Origin: Eledone cirrhosa
Lineage: Eukaryota
Length of the DNA stretch: 64,000 nt
Direction: 5' to 3'
NCBI GenBank assembly: GCA_964016885.1
Contig: CAXHJY010001284.1
Span: forward strand, 128,750 to 192,749
Below, one piece after another: positions 53,501 to 64,000 of the stretch (position 1 is its first letter; each line of letters begins with the position of its first letter). The notes below the pieces were generated by a model that saw only the letters and a list, made by a program, of their open reading frames with translations, made no database searches and was not told where the DNA came from. The position numbers and the translations under genes were made by a program.

Positions 53501-56500
53501 AAAATACAATAGTATATATAGAGTAATATAAATGTTATGTGAGGTAAAGCCTTTACTGAGAAAATACAATAGTATATATAGAGTAATATAAATGTTATGG
53601 AAGGTAAAGCCTTTACTGGGAAAATACAATAGTATATATAGAGAAATGTAAATGTTATGTAAGGTAAAGCCTTTACTGAGAAAATACAATAGTATATATA
53701 GAGTAATGTAAATGTTATGTAAGGTAAAGCCTTTACCGAGAAAATACAATAGTATATATAGAGTAATGTAAATGTTATGTAAGGTAAAGCCTTTACTGAG
53801 AAAATACAATAACATATATAGAGTAATGTAAATGTTATGTAAGGTAAAGCCTTTACTGAGAAAATACAATAGTATATATAGAGTAATATAAATGTTATGG
53901 AAGATAAAGCCTTTACTGAGAAAATACAATAGTATATATAGAGTAATGTAAATGTTATGTAAGGTAAAGCCTTTACTGAGAAAATACAATAACATATATA
54001 GAGTAATCTAAATGTTATGTAAGGTAAAGCCTTTACTGAGAAAATACAATAGTATATATAGAGTAATGTAAATGTTATGTAAGGTAAAGCCTTTACTGAG
54101 AAAATACAATAGTATATATAGAGTAATGTAAATGTTATGTAAGGTAAAAGCCTTTACTGAGAAAATACAATAGTATATATAGAGTAATGTAAATGTTATG
54201 TAAGGTAAAGCCTTTACGGAGAAAATACAATAATATATATAGAGTAATGTAAATGTTATGTAAGGTAAAGCCTTTACTGAGAAAATACAATAGTATATAT
54301 AGAGTAATGTAAATGTTATGTAAAGTAAAGCCTTTACTGAGAAAATACAATAGTATATATAGAGTAATGTAAATGTTATGTAAGGTAAAGCCTTTACTGG
54401 GAAAATACAATAGTATATATAGAGTAATTTAAATGTTATGTAAGGTAAAGCCTTTACTGAGAAAATACAATAGTATATATAGAGTAATGTAAATGTTATG
54501 TAACGTAAAGCCTTTACTGGGAAAATACAATAGTATATATAGAGTAATGTAAATGTTATGTAAGGTAAAGCCTTTACTGAGAAAATACAATAGTATATAT
54601 AGAGTAATGTAAATGTTATGTAAGGTAAAGCCTTTACTGAGAAAATACAATAGTATATATAGAGTAATGTAAATGTTATGTAAGGTAAAGCCTTTACTGA
54701 GAAAATACAATAGTATATATAGAGTAATGTGAATGTTATGTAAGGTAAAGCCTTTACTGAGAAAATACAATAACATATATAGAGTAATGTAAATGTTATG
54801 TAAGGTAAAGCCTTTACTGAGAAAATACAATAGTATATATAGAGTAATATAAATGTTATGTAAGGTAAAGCCTTTACTGAGAAAATACAATAGTATATAT
54901 AGAGTAATATAAATGTTATGGAAGGTAAAGCCTTTACTGGGAAAATACAATAGTATATATAGAGTAATGTAAATGTTATGTAAGGTAAAGCCTTTACTGA
55001 GAAAATACAATAGTATATATAGAGTAATGTAAATGTTATGGAAGGTAAAGCCTTTACTGAGAAAATACAATAGTATATATAGAGTAATGTAAATGTTATG
55101 TAAGGTAAAGCCTTTACTGAGAAAATACAATAGTATATATAGAGTAATGTAAATGTTATGTAAGGTAAAGCCTTTACTGAGAAAATACAATAGTATATAT
55201 AGAGTAATATAAATGTTATGTAAGGTAAAGCCTTTACTGAGAAAATACAATAGTATATATAGAGTAATATAAATGTTATGGAAGGTAAAGCCTTTACTGG
55301 GAAAATACAATAGTATATATAGAGTAATGTAAATGTTATGTAAGGTAAAGCCTTTACTGAGAAAATACAATAGTATATATAGAGTAATGTAAATGTTATG
55401 GAAGGTAAAGCCTTTACTGAGAAAATACAATAGTATATATAGAGTAATGTAAATGTTATGTAAGGTAAAGCCTTTACTGAGAAAATACAATAGTATATAT
55501 AGAGTAATGTAAATGTTATGTAAGGTAAAAGCCTTTACTGAGAAAATACAATAGTATATATAGAGTAATGTAAATGTTATGTAACGTAAAGCCTTTACTG
55601 GGAAAATACAATAGTATATATAGAGTAATGTAAATGTTATGTAAGGTAAAGCCTTTACTGAGAAAATACAATAGTATATATAGAGTAATGTAAATGTTAT
55701 GGAAGGTAAAGCCTTTACTGAGAAGATACAATAGTATATATAGAGTAATGTAAATGTTATGTAAGGTAAAGCCTTTACTGAGAAAATACAATAGTATATA
55801 TAGAGTAATGTAAATGTTATGTAAGGTAAAGCCTTTACTGAGAAAATACAATAGTATATATAGAGTAGTGTAAATGTTATGTAAGGTAAAGCCTTTACTG
55901 AGAAAATACAATAGTATATATAGAGTAATGTAAATGTTATGTAAGGTAAAGCCTTTACTGAGAAAATACAATAACATATATAGAGTAATGTAAATGTTAT
56001 GTAAGGTAAAGCCTTTACTGAGAAAATACAATAGTATATATAGAGTAATATAAATGTTATGGAAGATAAAGCCTTTACTGAGAAAATACAATAGTATATA
56101 TAGAGTAATGTAAATGTTATGTAAGGTAAAGTCTTTACTGAGAAAATACAATAGTATATATAGAGTAATATAAATGTTATGTAAGGTAAAGCCTTTACTG
56201 AGAAAATACAATAGTGTATATAGAGTAATATAAATGTTATGGAAGGTAAAGCCTTTACTGGGAAAATACAATAGTATATATAGAGTAATGTAAATGTTAT
56301 GTAAGGTAAAGCCTTTACGGAGAAAATACAATAATATATATAGAGTAATGTAAATGTTATGTAAGGTAAAGCCTTTACTGAGAAAATACAATAGTATATA
56401 TAGAGTAATGTAAATGTTATGTAAGGTAAAAGCCTTTACTGAGAAAATACAATAGTATATATAGAGTAATGTAAATGTTATGTAAGGTAAAGCCTTTACG

Positions 56501-57805
56501 GAGAAAATACAATAATATATATAGAGTAATGTAAATGTTATGTAAGGTAAAGCCTTTACTGGGAAAATACAATAGTATATATAGAGTAATTTAAATGTTA
56601 TGTAAAGTAAAGCCTTTACTGAGAAAATACAATAGTATATATAGAGTAATGTAAATGTTATGTAACGTAAAGCCTTTACTGGGAAAATACAATAGTATAT
56701 ATAGAGTAATGTAAATGTTATGTAAGGTAAAGCCTTTACTGAGAAAATACAATAGTATATATAGAGTAATGTAAATGTTATGGAAGGTAAAGCCTTTACT
56801 GAGAAGATACAATAGTATATATAGAGTAATGTAAATGTTATGTAAGGTAAAGCCTTTACTGAGAAAATACAATAGTATATATAGAGTAATGTAAATGTTA
56901 TGTAAGGTAAAGCCTTTACTGGGAAAATACAATAGTATATATAGAGTAATGTAAATGTTATGTAAGGTAAAGCCTTTACTGAGAAAATACAATAGTATAT
57001 ATAGAGTAATGTAAATGTTATGTAAGGTAAAGCCTTTACTGAGAAAATACAATAGTATATATAGAGTAATGTAAATGTTATGTAAGGTAAAGCCTTTACC
57101 GAGAAAATACAATAGTATATATAGAGTAATGTAAATGTTATGTAAGGTAAAGCCTTTACTGAGAAAATACAATAACATATATAGAGTAATGTAAATGTTA
57201 TGTAAGGTAAAGCCTTTACTGAGAAAATACAATAGTATATATAGAGTAATATAAATGTTATGGAAGATAAAGCCTTTACTGAGAAAATACAATAGTATAT
57301 ATAGAGTAATGTAAATGTTATGTAAGGTAAAGCCTTTACTGAGAAAATACAATAACATATATAGAGTAATCTAAATGTTATGTAAGGTAAAGCCTTTACT
57401 GAGAAAATACAATAGTATATATAGAGTAATGTAAATTTTATGTAAGGTAAAGCCTTTACTGAGAAAATACAATAGTATATATAGAGTAATGTAAATGTTA
57501 TGTAAGGTAAAGCCTTTACTGAGAAAATACAATAGTATATATAGAGTAATATAAATGTTATGGAAGGTAAAGCCTTTACTGAGAAAATACAATAGTATAT
57601 ATAGAGTAATGTAAATTTTATGTAAGGTAAAGCCTTTACTGAGAAAATACAATAGTATATATAGAGTAATGTAAATGTTATGTAAGGTAAAGCCTTTACT
57701 GAGAAAATACAATCGTATATATAGATTAATGTAAATGTTATGTAAGGTAAAGCCTTTACTGAGAAAATACAATCGTATATATAGATTAATGTAAATGCTA
57801 AAGGG
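26560..57805. mobile_element. piggyBac-type MITE carrying a 31-kb internal satellite
   Basis: TTAA (26556-26559) + CCCTTTAGCATTTA (26560-26573) ... TAAATGCTAAAGGG (57792-57805) + TTAA (57806-57809). Perfect 14-bp TIRs, CCC/GGG ends and a TTAA TSD. Confidence 0.88.
26713..57797. repeat. 60-bp satellite, ~518 monomers, ~25% GC
   Basis: Consensus ttatgtaaggtaaagcctttactgagaaaatacaatagtatatatagagtaatgtaaatg; mostly 0-3 substitutions per monomer, occasional 59- and 61-bp units. Confidence 0.99.
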
Positions 57806-59850
57806 TTAAGGAGATTAACTTAACCAGCACTGAGTATGTGACACTAAATATGGACACAGAAAATATAGAATGAGATCACAATTACCCAAACAAAATAGTT
57901 AGAGACGAAACTAACAAAATACAACAAAAAGAAATGAAAGAGTTACTAGGAAATAATATACAGAAGTCTTAGACTAATATTACAAAAAGAGCTAATTATT
58001 GGATAATGTGCAATGTTGTGAACCATAGTATATCTTCTACAGTTTTGTTGACAATGCTAGAAGAAATTATGTAGAAATACAGTCGATATATCAATTATAA
58101 ATTACAGCTTCAATATAATAACCTGGAAGCTGAGTTGAAATGTTTACATAGACAAACCAAGAAACTACTGACAATGTTCCTAAACCACTAGTCTACATCA
58201 GACATAGACAGGATAACCTCGCCCGCCCACATGGAGGATGTGGCCTGACGCTAACAGAAAACTACTATAAACTAACAACAGTTGCATTGAAAAAAACACT
58301 TGGATACAAATAGAAGAAAACTGATGAATGTAATAAAGAAACATAAAAAAATAATAACCTTTCTCTGCATGTAAGGAGGGTTGGCTGAAAAGTTCATAGG
58401 CTGACTATGAAGGAGTGATGCTAGAGCTGTGATATCTTGCATGCATTTTTTTTTCGGCTCTTCTTGATAATAACTGCATTGTTTCTTTCCAGTGACTATG
58501 TTGAAAAATAAACCTCGTGTGGTTATTCAATGAGAGCATCTTAGTCAGCCTATGAACCTTTCAACCTATGAAGGACTGATGCTAGAGCTGTGAAATGTTG
58601 CATGTATTAATTTCAACTGTTCTTGTTAATAACTAAATTGTTCCTTTCTAGGGACTATGTTGAAAAATAAACCTCATTTGGTCAATCCATGAGAGTATCT
58701 TGGATAGCCTATGAACTTTTCAGTCAACCCTTTGAAAGTCCAAAACTGAAGCAAAGTACGTTGAGACAGTAAATTTAGATAACAGCACAACAAAAATTGT
58801 TAAAGAGGCAAAATACAACATAGAAAATGGAATTATGAAACATACTAAAGAAAACAAATGAGGAAATCTGCCCCTCGGTCATTGCCCCGTCAGGTTAAAC
58901 AGAAGAAGAAGCCGCAGTGAAAATCAATAATGGCTGAAGAGCTAATTAAATGCAGAAACGGAATGACAAATGTTCGTGACAAAATACCATCGTTTGGCTA
59001 CAAAGAATTATAAGAACAAAGTACTGAAAACTGACCCTAATGTCAAATGCATATTTAACAACCAGCACAATGAGACGGATGACCATATCATCTTCGACTG
59101 CCCAGTCTTTTCCAAATCTGAATATATACATAGATATGATCGAGTTGGCAGCTATATCTACTCGGCAATATGCCAACACTTCGATATGAAAACGAACAAA
59201 ATGTGGAGTAAACACGTGCCAAACACGCTACATGACAGGAACCTGACTAGAGACACCTAAGATATGCTCACCCAAACTGACAAAGAAGTCAAGGCAACCC
59301 GCCCAGACATAATAATCGACTGGAAAAAACTCATACATATTGCTTGAAATTTAAATATGTAAGAAGTGGGGCATGAAAGTAGAAACTGCTAATAATAATC
59401 GAAAACCTCGGTATAATGAAAACAAATATGAACAAAACCATAGAAGACATACTAGGGCTCATATCATTGCACATTATATAAGTAGTTCTGATAACAAAAT
59501 CCCACATCTCGCGCAAAACCTTATTGATTCAATAGCAGAGCTCAAATAGAATAAATTTCAAACATCATACACTGTATGATAAGGACTTAATAAATACAAC
59601 ACAACTCAAACAACATATACTTTACAAACAAGTACTCAATAGAATAACGCAACCCATATTACACACCCCAGACACGACAGATAAATAACACAAAATCAAC
59701 AAGCTAAGCCCCATACCAAAAGAAAACTGATGTAATATGCTTACAGGAAGAGTCTATAAATACCCAAAACAACACCAAAATAATGCGACATGGTATGTAC
59801 ATACCTCATAAACATAAAGACAATTTAGATGCAGTAGCAGAAACTCGCAT
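57806..59850 (+). mobile_element. Decayed R4/Dong-like LINE (right part): RT end, zinc knuckle, RLE, 3' UTR
   Basis: INYSFNIITW, KKLLTM, SDIDR..ARPHGGCGL, WLKS.LNAETE, KC...ETDDHIIFDC...EYIHRYDRV (CCHC relic), QTDKEVKATRPDII (RLE PD motif); A/C-rich UTR. Confidence 0.85.
58376..58732. mobile_element. Tc1/mariner-like MITE with internal tandem duplication
   Basis: TIRs gagggttggctgaaaagttcataggct / agcctatgaacttttcagtcaaccctt; the body ctatgaagga.tgatgctagagctgtga...agcctatgaac.tttca occurs twice. Confidence 0.75.
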
Positions 59851-59864
59851 GATGCAATGATGAT

Positions 59865-60820
59865 AATATTTTCTAATTTAGGCACAGGGCCAGCAATTTG
59901 AGTGGAGAGTTGATTATATCTACCCTGAGGTGTTTACAAGTATTCTATTTCATCAACCCCGAAAGGATGAAAGGCAAAGTTGACCTCGGCCGGATCTGGA
60001 CTCTGGATAGTAAAGAGCTGGAACAATGCTACAAGGCATTTGCCCAAAGTTTTAATGATTTACCAACCCACCGCCCTTTAAAACATTATTATTATTACGA
60101 TGAAAGGCAAAGTTAACCTCAAATCCCGCCGAGGTTAACTTTGCCTTTCATCCTTACGGGGTCGATAAAATAAAGTACCAGTAATACACTGGGTAATTGC
60201 TGGCCTTGTGCCTAAAATAGAAACAATTATTATTATTACGACTCTTTACGTTGTGAATTCAAATCCCGCCGAGGTTAGCTTTGCCTTTCATCCTTACGAG
60301 GTCGAAAAAATAAAGTACCAGTAATACACTGGGAGAGAAATAATCGACTTTCCATTTCTCAAAAATTGTTGGCCATGTGCCTAAATCAGAAAACATTATT
60401 ATTAGTAGTATATTAAGTGAGGGCGGGGTATTGGCAGTAACGGTAGAGCGTTGGACACCATGCGTGGTGGCATAGAGTAACGTCCCTTTATACTCTGACT
60501 TCAATTCTTCCCTAGGTTAGCTTTGCCTTACATCCTTATGTGGTTGATAAAATAAAGTACCAGTGACGCAATGGGTTTGATTTAATCGAATTTGCCTCGC
60601 CTCAAAATCGTTATCCTGGTGTCTAAATTAGAAACCATTGGATTGGCAGTATTGGTGGAGGGTCGGACGCCATGCTTTCCAGCATAGTTACGTCCCTTTA
60701 CGGTCTGAGTTCAAATCCCGCCGAGGTTAACTTTGCCTTTCATCCTTACGGGGTCGATAATATAAAGTACCAGTAATGTACTGAGTAATTGATGGCCTTG
60801 TGCCAAAAGTAGAAACAATT
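59865..60820. mobile_element. Cluster of SINE family A copies
   Basis: 59865-60080 (-), 60098-60228 (+, with 5' inversion), 60236-60395 (+), 60417-60638 (+), 60638-60820 (+). Confidence 0.88.
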
Positions 60821-61559
60821 ATTATTATATTAACTTCCGTTCCATTGTGAATAATAAAGGATGGGAAGTAGAAATACAGTTTTCCGTGTCATCTAAAATA
60901 GATCTGATACTATTACTAAACCAAAACCAAAGTTAACATAAAACAATGAACAGTGTTGTTATAAGGACACAAGTACAACTGATACTTATTCTGTATATTA
61001 CATGTGATTATTAAACAAATCATATTGTTGAAATAACATACATATGTGTAAATGAGGTGAACTTGTGAGACAAACGAAACAGATTGCAATCAACCTTTGA
61101 ATATAAACACAGCCAAACCAAACAATCCCAGTAACTAGAATTGATACTTATAATATACTACATAATATATTATGTTATATTATATTATTACATGTGATTG
61201 CTACACAGAAAATATATTGTTTGAATAGCATCGACATACGTATTACGGAAATGAAAAACAAATGAACTCTTGGAACAAAGTAGACAAAATGAAATAAACG
61301 TTTCAATACAAAGGCAAAACTAAAAAGAACTTAAAATATATTCAAAAACAGATCAACTATGTCCGTAGATAAATCAATCACCGACATAAATACGAACCAC
61401 CGAGTTGGAACCGGCAATTTATTTCGCATCTATCAATGCCAATTGCCATGTCACCCGTAGATAGCCTGAGTTTATTACGATCATGATACGAAAATAACTT
61501 ACCCTGTTATTCAAAAACAATGTCCTCTCAAACTCGTATATAAAATACTCATATTTTAC

Positions 61560-62150
61560 TGCTTGTGTGGAAAATCAAATCAAAATTAAAACAGAGTGTA
61601 TATTCGTATTCACACAACTAATATAAAGGAGACGTGTGAACTGGAAAAAAAAGTAAAATAAAAGGCGAGTAGCAAATGTGAATGGAAACATGTGTAAGAC
61701 ATTTTATAAAGAAATATATCAAAAATATTCAAAAATTAAAATAGAATAACTTATAGAAAGACTATACACTGATAATATAACAAAACAGTCATCTACACAT
61801 TAAAACGATGACCTACCCTAAACCAATGAAATCATCGCAACTGGCCACATACAAACCACAAAAGACTATATAATAATAGAACACAAGAACAGGGAAAATA
61901 CTAAAGAACCAACCATACAATAAACAAAGCATTATAGAAAATCAATAACAGACACAGAAAAAGAAAAGATCCTAAGTGATGATGGTCATAAAAATCTCCA
62001 TGGAAGCATACATGTAAATACAGAGCTATGACAAATGTATGCCCTCGACCTCACACTTATACAACATAAAAACACACTTTACGACACATCAGCGAGAATT
62101 AACACTAAGAAGACCTAAAATAAAAATAAAAGCGAACACACCGATGAAAT
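61560..62150 (+). mobile_element. Possible decayed N-terminal part of an RLE LINE ORF
   Basis: Strong A-rich strand bias; RRRVNWKK...FYKEIYQKY resembles R4-type N-termini; many stops. Confidence 0.25.
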
Positions 62151-62289
62151 ACATCAACTTAAGTATCTGCCTATATTACACAAAAGAATTATTGAATGAA
62201 TGAAACAAGAACTTTTGTCATAGGTAACAACGTAGTAAAATTTCATCAGACTAAAGGATCTAACGTTTCCCGTGGCAATAATAGTATTG

Positions 62290-62450
62290 AGGGGAAACTG
62301 GGCTACAAATGTTCTGTAACAACGTTCCAGCTCTTTACTCTCTGAGTCCAGATCCAACCGAGGTCATCTTTGCTTTTCATCCTTCCGGGATCAATAAAAT
62401 AAAGTATCAGTAATAACCTACTAGAGTCAATACAATCTACTCTTCACTCG
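62290..62450 (+). mobile_element. SINE family A, diverged
   Basis: ctgagtccagatccaaccgaggtcatctttgcttttcatcc...aaataaagtatcagt. Confidence 0.75.
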
Positions 62451-62519
62451 TAACTGTTTCAACAGGTGACACATTTTAAATCCTGTATTTGCCGACCTAT
62501 TGCATGTATGTCCTCGTGC

Positions 62520-62787
62520 GCTGCTAGCAGCGAGTTGAGCTGGTGCTGATCCCGGTTTTTATGGCATGAAGCGACTGAGAGTACAAGACTCCCCTTGGTC
62601 AGGACACCAATAGATCTCAGGGTTAAACTCCCACCTATTGCTGGTACTCATTTCCAGCTGTGTATACTGGAGCATAGTGAAATGAAGTGTTTTGCTCAAA
62701 AACACAAGACGCAACCTAGCCCAGGAATCGAACCCACGACATTACGATCGTAAATCACACACCCTTACCGCTTGGCCACGTGTCTTG
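62520..62787 (-). mobile_element. tRNA-derived SINE family B
   Basis: Minus-strand head gtggccaagcggtaagggtg...gtgggttcgattcctgg (A and B boxes), followed by a body. Confidence 0.75.
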
Positions 62788-63123
62788 CCGGCCTATTAGG
62801 CGCACATTTACCCCACCCACACCCCACCAAAAATAAAAACATATAAAACCTTCCCTGCGTTTAATTTATAAAGAAAAGTAGTAAAATTATTTTGTTCTGA
62901 AATGGTCCCTTTCTGATATTGGTAATCTTAAGTCTTCAACTTTTATCTCTTCTTTCTCAGAATATGTCTTCTGACATTTGCAAGTTTCTCTTCCTCCAGG
63001 TTTGGTCATCTTTCTGGATTTCTTTTCCTCCATACACTGAAAGAATTTACTGTGTTATAATTTCGATGGTTTGCGCAATGAGAGTTAGAACGTGTATATC
63101 ACATATTATTATGATCATCATAA

Positions 63124-63312
63124 GTGGTGGAGTGGCAGTATCGGTAGAGGGTCGGACGCCATGCTTTGACGCATAGAGTTACAGCCCTTGCCATTCTGAG
63201 TTCAAATCCCGCCGAGATTAACTTTGCCTTTCATCCTTACGGGGTCGATAAAATAAAGTACCAGTAATGCACTGGGTAATTGCTGGCCTTGTGCCAAAAA
63301 GTAGAAACAATT
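63124..63312 (+). mobile_element. SINE family A, full length
   Basis: Matches the consensus; (ATT/GTT)n tail. Confidence 0.9.
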
Positions 63313-63499
63313 ATTATGATCATTATTGTTATTGCTGTTGCTGTCGTTATTGGTGTTGTTGTTGTTGTTGTTGTTAACACTCTACTTCTTAAGGATACCA
63401 AATACGGCATGAAATACCACATCGGCAACCGGACCCATAATGGCATTGAGTGCTCAAACTGGTGGACGAATAGTACCTAAATGTTACACACCAATAAAC

Positions 63500-63502
<3 letters not shown>

Positions 63503-63564
<62 letters not shown>

Positions 63565-63649
63565 TCCCCACCATCACCCCACTCTCAAGAGCGTGAAACT
63601 AATAAACCTTTGTTCATACTGCCTCTCTTATTTGTTCTCGTTCAATTTT

Positions 63650-63698
<49 letters not shown>

Positions 63699-63952
63699 AT
63701 GTATGTATATCGAGTATCATATAATATAATATATTTTCCCTCTCCTTCTCTCTCCCACTTCCTACCTCCCTCTCCACTTCTCCCTTTTTATCTCTTCCCC
63801 TCTTTCTCCTTCTCTCTCTATCTCTGTCTCTCCACTTTCACAACATTTATAAATCCGCCCCATCTCTCCAACTAATGTCCTCTCTCCTCCCCTTCCAAAC
63901 GCATCCAAGCTACTCAATCTCCTTTTCTCCCCAATCTTCTTTCTCATACATT

Positions 63953-64000
<48 letters not shown>
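63503..64000. repeat. (TA)n, (TG)n, polypyrimidine and (CT)n tracts
   Basis: Direct inspection. Confidence 0.9.

Noticed and set aside
26700-57772. Dozens of long ORFs (LLYFLSKGFTLHNIYITLYI repeats)
   Set aside because: A by-product of a 60-bp unit with stop-free minus-strand frames. Stops and frameshifts recur freely and the array lies inside a MITE.
26713-57797. CRISPR-like array
   Set aside because: No unique spacers, eukaryotic context and no cas genes.

Overview
AT-rich, microsatellite-dense animal DNA. The SINE/LINE/MITE content suggests an octopod cephalopod (inference). No intact protein-coding gene can be called with confidence. About half the window (~26713-57797) is a ~518-copy, 60-bp satellite. 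It has expanded inside a single piggyBac-type MITE, with 14-bp TIRs and a TTAA target duplication still at both ends. The MITE sits in a decayed R4/Dong-like LINE whose RT frame reads through the empty TTAA site, and the array shows nested higher-order duplications up to 8,399 bp. The left 19 kb holds at least four unrelated families of type I hammerhead-ribozyme-bearing, inverted-repeat elements in (TA)n tracts, consistent with Penelope-like pseudo-LTRs; one family is linked to a decayed GIY-YIG ORF end. Also present: RLE-LINE 3' ends nested in (CATA)n, RTE and Tx1 LINE fragments, a heavily decayed Ty3/gypsy gag-pol, many tRNA-derived SINEs, a dimerised mariner-like MITE, and a 2.55-kb Thr/Pro-rich open frame with canonical splice sites (possible mucin exon). 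Nearly all ORFs in the supplied track are repeat artefacts.
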